From Dehalococcoidia bacterium (GTDB taxonomy: Bacteria; Chloroflexota; Dehalococcoidia; Lucifugimonadales; UBA3495), in assembly GCA_965204715.1 (NCBI GenBank), contig OZ242009.1, forward strand, positions 54,396 through 118,395: DNA of 64,000 bases, written 5' to 3'. A model generated the notes under the pieces. The model worked only from the letters and a program-made list of their open reading frames with translations, had not been told where the DNA came from and did not search any database. The translations under genes were made by a program, and so were the position numbers. Positions 40,656 through 50,746 of the stretch are shown piece by piece. Position 1 is the first letter of the stretch. Every line of letters starts with the position of its first letter.

Positions 40656-43600
40656 ATGTTCACGCCCGTTTCCAGTCGTGTCAGCTTCCCGTCAATAGAG
40701 TCCAATGTCCTTCAGTATTGGAAGGACAAGGATGTTTTCCGACGCACGGAGACCGAGCGGGAAGACAGTCCCCTGTTCATGCTTTTCGAAGGTCCGCCCA
40801 CGGCCAACGGCAATCCCGGCATCCACCACGTCCTGGCGCGGGTGTTCAAAGACGTTATATGCCGTTACCGCACCATGAAGGGCTACCGGGTCATGCGCAA
40901 GGGCGGATGGGACACCCACGGCCTGCCGGTTGAACTTGAGGTGGAAAAGGAGCTTGGACTCCAGACCAAACGGGAGATCGAGGAGTACGGCATAGAGCGG
41001 TTCAACGAGAAATGCCGGGAGAGCGTTTTCCGCTACGTCAAAGAGTGGGAGACCATGACCGACCGGATTGGCTTCTGGGTGGACATGGACGACCCATACG
41101 TCACCCTGCACAACGACTACATTGAGACGGGGTGGTGGATATTGAAAGAGCTTTGGGACAAGGGGCTTCTGTACCACGACCTTCGGGGAACGCCCCATTG
41201 CCCCCGGTGCGTCACCAGTCTCAGTTCCCACGAGGTTGCCCTGGGTTACCAGGAAAACACTCCCGACCCATCGGTGTTCGTGAAGTTCCAAGTCCAGTCC
41301 GGACCGGATTCCGGCGCTAACATGGCATGGGCATCGGACCCCGCTGTTCCCGCGTATCTGCTGGCATGGACCACCACACCCTGGACTCTGCCGGGCAACA
41401 CGGCCCTGGCGGTGGACGCGGACGCCGAATACTCGGTAATCGAACTGGAGCGGGATGGGAATGCCCAACGCCTGGCGTTAGCTACCGCATTGCTCGAATC
41501 AACGGTGGGTCAAGAATACCGTGTTTTGACCACGGTCAAAGGGTCTGATCTGGTGGGAATCGGCTACCAACCTCTCTACAGTCCCGATGAGTTTGGGGTT
41601 AGCGTCAGCCGATTTGCGGAAGGCGCACTGGTCACGCCCGGACGAACGGACTTGAAGCTAACGCCCAGGGTCGTTGCCGCCGATTTCGTCTCGATGGACG
41701 ACGGCACCGGCATCGTTCACATCGCCCCGGCATTCGGCGATGAAGACCTGGGCCTGGGACGGAATCAGGGACTGAATTTCGTCCAGCCCGTGGACCTGTT
41801 GGGGAACGTGACCGGCAGTTACCCATTTGCGGGCAAGTTCGTCAAGGATGCCGACGGGGAGATCATGGCGGATTTGCAGGAGAGGGACCTTCTCTTCCGC
41901 CGGGAGGTGTACCGGCATACCTATCCTTTCTGCTGGCGCTGCGACACGCCGCTGCTCTATTACGCCAAGGGTTCATGGTACATCCGCACATCGGCGCTGA
42001 AGGACCAACTGGTCTCCGGCAACGGCGAAATCAACTGGTACCCGGACTACATCAAGGAAGGCCGGTTCGGGGAGTGGCTGCGCAACAACGTTGACTGGGC
42101 CATCTCCAGGGAACGGTACTGGGGCACTCCCATACCCATCTGGCATTGCCATAGCTGCAACAATATGGTGTGCATCGGCAGCCGGGATGAACTGTCGCAA
42201 CAACCGGGACTGGAAGGGCCGAGCATTGACGACCTTGACCTGCACCGACCCTATGTAGATGAAGTGACGTTCCTCTGCAACCCGGACGGCTGCGGCGGGC
42301 GGATGCGGCGCATTCCAGAAGTGATGGACGCCTGGTTTGACTCCGGGGCCATGCCCTTCGCCCAGTGGCACGTGGGCGGACAGGACGATGTAAAGAAGCT
42401 GCGGGAGCAGGGACGGTTCCCCGCCGATTACATCTGCGAGGCGGTGGACCAGACCCGGGGCTGGTTCTACAGCCTCCATGCCCTCTCGACGCTGCTGGAG
42501 GGAGAACCATCTTACAGGAACGTTATTTGCCTGGGGTTGGTGCTGGACGAGCGGGGCCACAAGATGAGCAAGCACGTGGGCAACGTGGTGGAGCCGCTCC
42601 CGCTGCTGGACGAGACCGGGGCCGACGCGCTGCGCTGGTACTTGTTCACCGCTACCCACCCCGGAGAGCCGCGCCGCTTCTCCGCCCGGCTGGTCAACGA
42701 GACGCTGCGGCGAGTGCTGCTGACCCTGTGGAACGTCCACTCATTCTTCACCAACTATGCGTCCATCGACCAGTTCCACCCGGACCAGAAGCCGACGGAC
42801 TGGCGGCCGGAGAACGAACTGGACCGGTGGGTGTTATCTGAGCTTAATTCGCTAATCTCCCAGGTCGACGGCTATATGGACGGCTACGACCCGACCAACG
42901 CGGGCCGACGCATCCAGGAGTTCATCGACCAACTCTCCAACTGGTACGTGAGACGCAGCCGCCGCCGGTTCTGGAAGAGCGAGAACGACCAGGACAAGCT
43001 CTCGGCCTACGTGACGCTGCACACCTGCCTGGTTACGGTGCCCAAGCTGATGGCCCCGCTGGCCCCATTCGTTGCCGAGAAGATGTACCAAGACTTAGTG
43101 TGCGCCGTGGACCCCGCTGCGCCAGACAGCGTCCACCTGGCGGAGTTCCCGGCGGCGGACCAGTCACTCATCGACGAGCCGCTCATGGAGGCCACCCGGC
43201 TGGCCATGCGCATTTCCAGCATGGGCCGGGGAGCACGCTCCCGGGGCGGGTTGAAAGTGCGCCAGCCCCTGTCGGAGGTGGTGGTGCGGACGCGGACGGC
43301 AGAGGAACTGGGCCATCTGGACCTGATCACCCCGCAGGTGCTTGAGGAGCTAAACATCAAGAGTCTGAAGCCGATGGCGGATGAGTCGGACATTTACCAA
43401 AAGGCACGGTCAGAGGCAGGGGACCGGTCTGAAGCCACCGTGGCCGTAGACAACTACTGGGTCGCCCTGGACGGAGGGTTCATGGTGGCCGTGGACTCGA
43501 CCATCACCCCGGAGTTGGCGGAGGAAGGGCTGGCCCGTGAACTGGTCCACCGGGTCCAGAACATGCGCCGCTCCGCCAACTTTGACCTGACAGACCGCAT

Positions 43601-43778
43601 CGTAGTCTATTATCAGGGGCCCGAGGAAGTGGGCAAGGTCATGGCCCGCCATGCCAGCTACATCCAGCAGGAAACCCTGGCCGAGGAACTCCTGGACACT
43701 GCTCCGTTGGAAGGCTCGGAAACCGAGACTGCGAAGATCGATGGGATGGAGGTCGTCCTGGGGGTGAGGCGGGTCTAG
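40656..43778 (+). CDS. ileS: Isoleucine-tRNA ligase, type 2
   Basis: EGPPTANG-NPGIHH, GWDTHGLP, WTTTPWT, DQTRGWF, KMSKH; no C-terminal zinc finger. Confidence 0.97.
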   Translation: MFTPVSSRVSFPSIESNVLQYWKDKDVFRRTETEREDSPLFMLFEGPPTANGNPGIHHVLARVFKDVICRYRTMKGYRVMRKGGWDTHGLPVELEVEKELGLQTKREIEEYGIERFNEKCRESVFRYVKEWETMTDRIGFWVDMDDPYVTLHNDYIETGWWILKELWDKGLLYHDLRGTPHCPRCVTSLSSHEVALGYQENTPDPSVFVKFQVQSGPDSGANMAWASDPAVPAYLLAWTTTPWTLPGNTALAVDADAEYSVIELERDGNAQRLALATALLESTVGQEYRVLTTVKGSDLVGIGYQPLYSPDEFGVSVSRFAEGALVTPGRTDLKLTPRVVAADFVSMDDGTGIVHIAPAFGDEDLGLGRNQGLNFVQPVDLLGNVTGSYPFAGKFVKDADGEIMADLQERDLLFRREVYRHTYPFCWRCDTPLLYYAKGSWYIRTSALKDQLVSGNGEINWYPDYIKEGRFGEWLRNNVDWAISRERYWGTPIPIWHCHSCNNMVCIGSRDELSQQPGLEGPSIDDLDLHRPYVDEVTFLCNPDGCGGRMRRIPEVMDAWFDSGAMPFAQWHVGGQDDVKKLREQGRFPADYICEAVDQTRGWFYSLHALSTLLEGEPSYRNVICLGLVLDERGHKMSKHVGNVVEPLPLLDETGADALRWYLFTATHPGEPRRFSARLVNETLRRVLLTLWNVHSFFTNYASIDQFHPDQKPTDWRPENELDRWVLSELNSLISQVDGYMDGYDPTNAGRRIQEFIDQLSNWYVRRSRRRFWKSENDQDKLSAYVTLHTCLVTVPKLMAPLAPFVAEKMYQDLVCAVDPAAPDSVHLAEFPAADQSLIDEPLMEATRLAMRISSMGRGARSRGGLKVRQPLSEVVVRTRTAEELGHLDLITPQVLEELNIKSLKPMADESDIYQKARSEAGDRSEATVAVDNYWVALDGGFMVAVDSTITPELAEEGLARELVHRVQNMRRSANFDLTDRIVVYYQGPEEVGKVMARHASYIQQETLAEELLDTAPLEGSETETAKIDGMEVVLGVRRV

Positions 43779-43808
43779 GCGGGAGAGGCGGAAAGAAGGG
43801 GCACCGCC

Positions 43809-44624
43809 ATGCCGGAACTGCCGGAAGTCGAGAACGCCCGGCGTTGCCTGCTCCGCGCCGGTCTGCCCGGCCGAACCTTCAAGGGCGCGGACATCGGGTG
43901 GGCCAGGACGGTAAAGCGCCCTGACCTGGAAGGGTTCGTTCTTGGACTGAGGGACGCCACGGTCTCGGATGTGTTCAGGAAAGGCAAGTACATCCTGGTC
44001 CCCCTGCAAGTTGAGGATGCGACGCCGACCCTGATTATCCACCTGGGGATGAGCGGCGGGCTAAGTGTTGAACCGGCATCCAGCCCGGAGCCTCCGATGG
44101 TGCGCCACCGTTTCGCCCTGGATGACGGCCGGGTGATGCGGTTCGTGGATGGGCGAAAGTTCGGCAAGCTATGGCTGGTTGGCGACCCTGCGGAGGTGCT
44201 GCCTCCGTTAAGCCCGGACCCTCTGGAGGACGGATTTACCTCGGAAGGACTGGCGGCGTCGCTGTCAGGGAAGCGAGCGCCAATCAAGGCGCTGCTGCTG
44301 GAGCAATCGGTCTCCGCCGGTATCGGCAACCTCTACGCCGACGAGTCCCTGTACCTGGCCGGGATTCACCCGGGGCGTTCCGGGACGGACCTGAGCCCGG
44401 GGGAAGTTGTCCGGCTCCGGAAGAGCATTTCCCAGGCTTTGACCGATGGAGTGGCCATTTACGACCGGGCCAGGGAAGAGCTATGGCCCGACGCCCCGAG
44501 GGCGCTCACGGCCTGGACGATTCCACGCAAGGAAGGTGAGTCGTGCCCCCGTTGCGGCGCGATGATGGCAGTGACCCGTATCCGGGCGCGGACCACCTGG
44601 TTCTGCTCGGAGCACCAGGTCTAG
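43809..44624 (+). CDS. mutM: Formamidopyrimidine-DNA glycosylase
   Basis: MPELPEVE, HLGMSG, GIGNLYADE, C-terminal zinc finger (last ligand His). Confidence 0.92.
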   Translation: MPELPEVENARRCLLRAGLPGRTFKGADIGWARTVKRPDLEGFVLGLRDATVSDVFRKGKYILVPLQVEDATPTLIIHLGMSGGLSVEPASSPEPPMVRHRFALDDGRVMRFVDGRKFGKLWLVGDPAEVLPPLSPDPLEDGFTSEGLAASLSGKRAPIKALLLEQSVSAGIGNLYADESLYLAGIHPGRSGTDLSPGEVVRLRKSISQALTDGVAIYDRAREELWPDAPRALTAWTIPRKEGESCPRCGAMMAVTRIRARTTWFCSEHQV

Positions 44625-44630
44625 GAACAC

Positions 44631-45050
44631 TCAGGCTGCCGTGCCGTAGATATGCTCAGGGATGACGATGATCACCGAGCGGCGGTCGTCGATCATGGCC
44701 TGGTCGTATTCTTCCCAGTTGGGGTGTTCCTCGCCGGAGGCGGCGCGGTAGGTCTCCCGCAACGCTTGGCGCAACTCCTCCGGGTCGGTGTTGCCAGCGG
44801 ACAGGATCTGGGCCTGCCCTTCCAGCACCACGAAGCCCCACCAGCTTTCCCTTGACACCAGCAGGGAGCATCGGGGGTTGCGCCGGAGATTTTTCAGCTT
44901 GGCGCGGTCCTCGGTCACGGTGAAGCCGATTCCATCTCGAACCGGGCCGCAACTGATAATGCTCATCTGCGCCGCGCCGTTGCGGCGGAAGGTTGTCAGC
45001 ACGCCCCGGTGGGTCTCGGTGGCCAACGCCCTAACGTTGTCGGGGATCAT
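44631..45050 (-). CDS. PPOX-class F420-dependent oxidoreductase
   Basis: LTTFRRNG, RAKLKNLRRNPR, EHPNWEEY. Confidence 0.88.
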   Translation of the reverse strand: MIPDNVRALATETHRGVLTTFRRNGAAQMSIISCGPVRDGIGFTVTEDRAKLKNLRRNPRCSLLVSRESWWGFVVLEGQAQILSAGNTDPEELRQALRETYRAASGEEHPNWEEYDQAMIDDRRSVIIVIPEHIYGTAA

Positions 45051-45074
45051 ATCGGTCTCTCCTTGGCTGTGTGG

Positions 45075-45584
45075 CTAGAGGACGAAATCTATCTCATACA
45101 GGTCATAGTGGGAGTGTTGCATGTCCAGGCTGGCGTACACGCTTTGGGCAACGTGGTTGTCCCGGTCCACGTAGAGGCGCAGGCCGCATACGCTGCCGTC
45201 GCGCATAGCTTCAGCGCGGACATGGGCATCCAGGGCGCGGTAGACTCCCCGGCGGCGGTGGTCCGGGTGGACGTAGACGCTCTGAATCCACCAGAAGCGG
45301 CCGTTGCGCCAGTCACTCCACTCGTAGGTAATCATCAATTGACCGACGACTTTCCAATCCCGCCGCCGCCCCGATTCTGCCTCCGTATGGCCGCCGATTT
45401 CGGCGATGAAGTAGCGGCCAAGCGCGGGGTCTTCCAGGACTGCGGACACTCCCCGGCGCAGGCGGTCAACGTCCAATTCGATGCCCTCGGTCTCCAGGGC
45501 CATCGCGGAGTTGAAGGCCACGATGGTGTCCAGATGAGCGGGGGTTGCCGTCCGGACGTTGATGCTTGTTGAACGGTCTGACAC
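45075..45584 (-). CDS. GNAT N-acetyltransferase
   Basis: EWSDWRNG, VYVHPDHRRRGVY; GTG start with GAGGAGG SD. Confidence 0.88.
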   Translation of the reverse strand: MSDRSTSINVRTATPAHLDTIVAFNSAMALETEGIELDVDRLRRGVSAVLEDPALGRYFIAEIGGHTEAESGRRRDWKVVGQLMITYEWSDWRNGRFWWIQSVYVHPDHRRRGVYRALDAHVRAEAMRDGSVCGLRLYVDRDNHVAQSVYASLDMQHSHYDLYEIDFVL

Positions 45585-45625
45585 GGTCCTCCTCGTTTCC
45601 AGAGCCCCTTCTGCCTGCGCTGAGA

Positions 45626-48211
45626 CTAGCTGAACCAAAAGGTTGAGCCGTACTCGCCCTTCTGGACCTCGATGCGCACCGGAAAGGCGTCCTTGAGGTC
45701 TTCCAGGTGGGTGATGACGATGATCTTGTCGAAGTCGTCCTCGATGGCTGCAATCACGTCCAGTATGCGCTCCCGGCCCGCCGCGTCCTGGGATCCAAAG
45801 CCCTCGTCGATGAACAGGGTGGGCAGGGGAGCGCCGACGCGCTGGGCGAGGACTTTGGACAGTCCGATGCGCAGGGCGAGGTTGACGCGGAAGGCTTCGC
45901 CGCCGCTGTACATTTCGTAGCCGCGGGGGCCGAGCTCATCGCTGACATTGATCTGCAACGTCTCTATGGGGTCGCCTCGTCCGCTGCGCCGCTCTCGCTG
46001 TGTCTCAAGTTGGACCTGCATCCGGTTGTCGGTCATCCGCCCCAGCAGGTTGTTGGTCTCCTCCTCCAGCCGGGGCAGCACCGTCTCGATGAGCATGGCC
46101 TGGATTCCCTGCCGCCCGAAAGCGCCCACCAGTTCGCGGCAGACGCTCTGCTGTTCCTCCAGGTCAGATAACTTGGCTGATGACGCCGCGATGTCCCGCC
46201 TGAGGGATTCGATACGCCGCACTTCGCCTTCCAGATGGCCCTGCCTGGCGGCAGCTTCCTGGACGCGGCCCTCGATTTGCCGGAGTTCCGCCTCCTCGGA
46301 CTTCAACTGCTCCTGCCAGACCGGGAGAACTTTCACCGACTCGACGATGGCGGCACGTTGCTGTCCCAGCCGGTCCAGTTCGTCGCGGCGGCGTTCCAGC
46401 ATGTCGCCGGTACGCTGGAGGGAGTCAAGTTCACCCGGCAGGGACGTTTCGGCGTGAGTGAGTTGGTCCAGCAACGCCTGGAAGGGTTGCAGGGACTGCA
46501 TCTCCTCATAGCTGCGTTGACGGGTTTTCTCATCATAGCCGAGGGACTTGATCTTCAGGTCCATGACTTCCAGGTCGGCCAATTCCTGGGCGGCGAAATC
46601 GTTGCAGGCCAGGGACTCGGATATGCGGGCCGATTCGATGCCGACTGTCTCAAGCTCCTGCAGCGCTCTTTGAGATTCCTGTATCTGGTGTTCCAGCCTG
46701 GGCAGCATGGCCTGCCATTCCTGTTGGGCGGCTGCCAGGGACTTTTCCCGTTGTTCGAGGCCCTTCTCCATACCCGACTGCCGGGTCTGCAACTCCTGGA
46801 GACGGGCCTGGTTGCGGCGGTAAAGGTCTCGTTTCTCCCTGATCTCGGCCTCATAGACTTCGACCAACCGCTGGCAGGAGTCCTCGCGGAGTGGGGTCTG
46901 GCACAGTGGGCAGACCGCGCCATCCCCGTTGGAGTTGTTGAGCAGGTCCAGCTTGGCGCGGAGTTCCAGTCCTTCCGTCTTGTACCGCTCAGCCATGCTG
47001 CCGGCCTCGCCTACGGAAGTGAATATAGCGGTCAAGTCCTGGCGCTCAGCCGCAATTTCGACCTCTTCGCCCTTCAGTTCTTCGATGTGGCTGCGCACCT
47101 TATCAAGTTCGAGGTTTAGGGCAGGCTCAGCCTGGGCCTTGGGTTGCAGCTCGGTCTTTACCCTGCGTTGAATCTGCTCGGCCCGGGCTTCAAGGCGGGA
47201 CCGGGCTGCATCGATGGTACGGAGGATGCCTTCTCTCTGGCCGCGCAGCATGTCAAACTCGGCGCGGGCCATTTCGAGAGACCGGTACTTCTCCCTGGCG
47301 GCATCCATGCGTTTGGCTCCATCCCTGACCTGTTCCGCGTCTTCAATCAGAGACCTGAATTGCGTGACGCGAGCATCCGCAGCGGCCAGTGCGGACTCAA
47401 GCTCGGATATGTCCTTCCGGGAATTGCGAATCTGGCCTTCAAGGGATGTAAGGGCGTCCTGCTGCCGCAGCAGCTCCTCCACCCGGCCCCGGAGACCCTC
47501 GACGGTGTGCCGCTGCTCGACAAGCTGAAGGTCCAGTTGGGCGCGGCTGGCCTGCACCTCGGCAAGCTGGCTCAACGGGTCTCCGGCGTGTTCCAGGTCT
47601 TCCCGCATCCGGGCCAAAGCTCCCTCCACCTCGGCGGCAGCGGTCTGTGCGCCGGAGAGCCTTTCCCTGGCCCTGGCCTGGAGGCGGTCGTAAGCCTCCA
47701 GGCCCATGATCCGGGCCAGCACGGCCTTGCGCTCGGCTGGGGTCTTGCCGGTGAACTCTCCGGCCCGGCCCTGGAGCAGGAACGCAGAGTTGATAAAGGT
47801 GTCGTAGTCCATGCCCACGGCCTGGACGATTTTGGCCTCGGTCTCCCGCACGCTGTTGCCGGTGATGGGCTGAGGGCTATCTGCGCCGAGGACCTGCAAC
47901 TGGAGATCAGTAACTCCCTGGCGACGCCTGGTCCCGCCGCGGGAGCGGCTGCGGATGACCCGGTATGGGGTGTCCCTGGCGAGGAAGTCCAACTCGACCC
48001 GGCACTCATCTGCTCCATAGGAGATCAGGTCGTCCTGGGACTTGCCCCTGGCCTCGCCCCAGAGACACCAGGCGATGGCGTCCAGCATGGCCGACTTGCC
48101 GTGGCCATTTGCGCCGCACAGGCAGGCCACGTGGATTCCGGCAAAGTCCAGGGTGGGGACATCCTCCCGGTAGCTGAGGAAGTTACGCAGGGTCAGGCGT
48201 TGGGGTATCAT
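45626..48211 (-). CDS. sbcC: SbcC/Rad50 SMC-like ATPase
   Basis: GANGHGKS, coiled coils with CPLC hook, YSGGE, IDEGFG. Confidence 0.92.
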   Translation of the reverse strand: MIPQRLTLRNFLSYREDVPTLDFAGIHVACLCGANGHGKSAMLDAIAWCLWGEARGKSQDDLISYGADECRVELDFLARDTPYRVIRSRSRGGTRRRQGVTDLQLQVLGADSPQPITGNSVRETEAKIVQAVGMDYDTFINSAFLLQGRAGEFTGKTPAERKAVLARIMGLEAYDRLQARARERLSGAQTAAAEVEGALARMREDLEHAGDPLSQLAEVQASRAQLDLQLVEQRHTVEGLRGRVEELLRQQDALTSLEGQIRNSRKDISELESALAAADARVTQFRSLIEDAEQVRDGAKRMDAAREKYRSLEMARAEFDMLRGQREGILRTIDAARSRLEARAEQIQRRVKTELQPKAQAEPALNLELDKVRSHIEELKGEEVEIAAERQDLTAIFTSVGEAGSMAERYKTEGLELRAKLDLLNNSNGDGAVCPLCQTPLREDSCQRLVEVYEAEIREKRDLYRRNQARLQELQTRQSGMEKGLEQREKSLAAAQQEWQAMLPRLEHQIQESQRALQELETVGIESARISESLACNDFAAQELADLEVMDLKIKSLGYDEKTRQRSYEEMQSLQPFQALLDQLTHAETSLPGELDSLQRTGDMLERRRDELDRLGQQRAAIVESVKVLPVWQEQLKSEEAELRQIEGRVQEAAARQGHLEGEVRRIESLRRDIAASSAKLSDLEEQQSVCRELVGAFGRQGIQAMLIETVLPRLEEETNNLLGRMTDNRMQVQLETQRERRSGRGDPIETLQINVSDELGPRGYEMYSGGEAFRVNLALRIGLSKVLAQRVGAPLPTLFIDEGFGSQDAAGRERILDVIAAIEDDFDKIIVITHLEDLKDAFPVRIEVQKGEYGSTFWFS

Positions 48212-48284
48212 AGGCGGTTACCCAATTCCATCACTGAAGACGAGTGAAGGTCGTCCGGCGGGCGTTTGTCTGATAGGAAATTGC

Positions 48285-49157
48285 CTACCCTGCCCATCCT
48301 TTACGCATAGCGAGGGTGACCATTGCCACTAGGTTCGTCTTGAAATTCGGAGCGGAAAATACCTGCCCACTGTCTTTGCAAGTGACCCAAGTTTGGCCCG
48401 AGATGTCGGAAGGGGGTGGCGGGCAGCCTTCCGACCTGATTGGAAGCACTCGCACCCCCCAGGTGAGTGCTATTCCCATTTCAATCATTACGTTGGGGTT
48501 AAAGTCGGATGTCTCGAATACTGCGATGTCGGAGGAAATAATGTCCCGCACGATTTGGTTGAATATATGCTCGCCGTAACCGGCACGAAGCTCTTTGAAG
48601 TCCAGGAGAATCCTGTCGTTGCCCGGGGTGGAGTTGTATTGCATGACTGCGCCGCTAAATTCGTTCTCCAGGTTTTTCACAAGCCGGTCTGAATCGTAAT
48701 TTACCGACTTGAACTGATAGCCGAATACTACTCGAAGAGAGTCTTGTTTCTGCCTTGTTGTGTATATATATTCCCAATCCTGGTCGGTAAACCCGTAAGG
48801 CGAACCGATGGGGGCTGGCAGCCTGGGGATTCTGAAGTCGCCCGGATACTGTGATTGAGAATCGTCAGGACTGCCAGGCATTGCCATCAACAATTTGTAT
48901 TGGTACTGACCGTAGGGCGTTAGCCAAATGTTGAACTTCCCATCATCAAACTGATTGACGTGAGCGCATCCGTTGTTTTCCAAAAACACAGCGGCATCAA
49001 GCGCCCTGTTGGGCGGCAGCGTTGCCTTAATATGCCCATCCGACAATAGGTGGCGTCCACGTTTGGCGTCTTCTTCTGGATTGGCGTATGTGGGGAGGGC
49101 ATACTCTGCCAGGAATTTCAGCAATGATATGCCGTCTCGTTCTATTTGAACGCTCAT
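48285..49157 (-). CDS. wHTH + nucleoside-deoxyribosyltransferase/TIR-like protein
   Basis: IISSDIAVFETSDFNPNVMIEMGIAL...PSDISG; lower GC; start uncertain. Confidence 0.6.
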   Translation of the reverse strand: MSVQIERDGISLLKFLAEYALPTYANPEEDAKRGRHLLSDGHIKATLPPNRALDAAVFLENNGCAHVNQFDDGKFNIWLTPYGQYQYKLLMAMPGSPDDSQSQYPGDFRIPRLPAPIGSPYGFTDQDWEYIYTTRQKQDSLRVVFGYQFKSVNYDSDRLVKNLENEFSGAVMQYNSTPGNDRILLDFKELRAGYGEHIFNQIVRDIISSDIAVFETSDFNPNVMIEMGIALTWGVRVLPIRSEGCPPPPSDISGQTWVTCKDSGQVFSAPNFKTNLVAMVTLAMRKGWAG

Positions 49158-49308
49158 TGCAAGTTCCACGCTTGGCGGTTGCTTCACCAGAAACTCTTGG
49201 GTGTTGAGTGTACCATTGATTTTAGCCGCCGCAAGCCGTTGCCGGCAATCATAACCACAGCGACTTAGGCAGGCGCCACAACTCCACCCGGTTGCTTGCT
49301 CGGCAGCC

Positions 49309-49338
49309 TTGACCCTGCTATCCAGCCCTGCATACAAT
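49309..49338 (+). promoter_or_regulatory. Putative ffh promoter
   Basis: TTGACC-N18-TACAAT. Confidence 0.55.
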
Positions 49339-49405
49339 CCTGAAACGGATATGACATAAGACTGCAAAAACTGAAGCCCTATGTGGTCTGCAAGGAAGTG
49401 ACGGA

Positions 49406-50740
49406 GTGCTAGAGAACCTGACCGAGAAGTTGACCGGGATAATGGGGCGGCTCACAAGCAGGGGCCGTTTGACCGAGAAGGATATCGATGAGGCGATGGG
49501 ACAGGTGCGCCGGTCTCTGCTGGAGGCGGACGTCAACTTCCGGGTGGCCAGGGACTTCGTGGCGGCGGTCAAGGAGAGGGCCCAGGGCGCGGATGTGATG
49601 GACAGTCTCACGCCGGGGCAGCAGGTTGTAAAGATCGTCCACGAAGAACTGACGGCCATGCTGGACGGCGGAAACCACGGGATTGTACCGTCCAGCCGTC
49701 CCACCAATTCGATTATGATGGTGGGGCTTCAGGGTTCGGGGAAGACCACCACGGCGGCCAAGCTGGCCCTGGCATTGCGCCGCCAGAACCACCGTTCTCT
49801 GCTGGTGGCAGCTGACCTTCGACGCCCGGCGGCGATCCAGCAGCTTGAGACTCTGGGCCGCCAGTTGGACATCCCCGTGTACTCCGAAGACCCTGCCTCT
49901 TCCTCTGCGGTGCAGGTGGCCAGGGCCGGGCTAAGACGCGCCGAGGAACTCGGGTTGAACTGGGCGATTGTCGATACCGGAGGCCGCCTCCAGATCGACG
50001 AAGAGCTGATGGAAGAACTGGAGAACATCAAGGACGCCACCAATCCCCATGAAGTGCTGCTGGTGGTGGACGCCATGACCGGGCAGGACGCGGTGAACGC
50101 GGCTGAAGGCTTCCACCAACGGGTCTCCCTCACCGGCCTGATCATGAGCAAGATGGACGGCGATGCCAGGGGCGGGGCGGCATTGTCGGTTACCCGCGTG
50201 ACCGGGGTGCCCATCAAGTACATGGGCGTGGGAGAACGCCCCGACGCACTGGAACAGTTCCATCCCGACCGGATGGCCTCCCGCATCCTGGCGATGGGGG
50301 ACGTGCTGTCGCTTATAGAGAAGGCCCAGGAGGCGGTGGACGAGAATCAGGCCAAGGAGTTGGAGCGCAAGTTCCGACAGGCCACTTTCGACCTGGAGGA
50401 CTTCCTGACGCAGATTCAAGCGGTCAAGAAGATTGGATCGTTGAGCGATATTGTCGGGATGATCCCCGGCATGAACCAGATGAACAACCGGAAGCTGGCC
50501 GGTTCATTTGACGATGATCAGGTCAAGCGGGTTGAGGCGATTATCCGCTCCATGACGCCGGAAGAGAGGCGGCGTCCTGAGATACTGAACGGCAGCCGCA
50601 AGCGCCGGATTTCCAGGGGGAGCGGCACAACTCCCCAGGACATCAACCAGTTGCTTAACCAGTTCCGGCAGACGCAGAGGCTGATGCGGCAGCTTTCCCG
50701 CTCCCGCAACCCCCGGAACCTGATGAACATGTTCCGGTAG
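49406..50740 (+). CDS. ffh: Signal recognition particle protein
   Basis: GLQGSGKTT, DTGGR, DGDARGG, Met-rich M domain. Confidence 0.98.
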   Translation: MLENLTEKLTGIMGRLTSRGRLTEKDIDEAMGQVRRSLLEADVNFRVARDFVAAVKERAQGADVMDSLTPGQQVVKIVHEELTAMLDGGNHGIVPSSRPTNSIMMVGLQGSGKTTTAAKLALALRRQNHRSLLVAADLRRPAAIQQLETLGRQLDIPVYSEDPASSSAVQVARAGLRRAEELGLNWAIVDTGGRLQIDEELMEELENIKDATNPHEVLLVVDAMTGQDAVNAAEGFHQRVSLTGLIMSKMDGDARGGAALSVTRVTGVPIKYMGVGERPDALEQFHPDRMASRILAMGDVLSLIEKAQEAVDENQAKELERKFRQATFDLEDFLTQIQAVKKIGSLSDIVGMIPGMNQMNNRKLAGSFDDDQVKRVEAIIRSMTPEERRRPEILNGSRKRRISRGSGTTPQDINQLLNQFRQTQRLMRQLSRSRNPRNLMNMFR

Positions 50741-50746
50741 GAGTGT

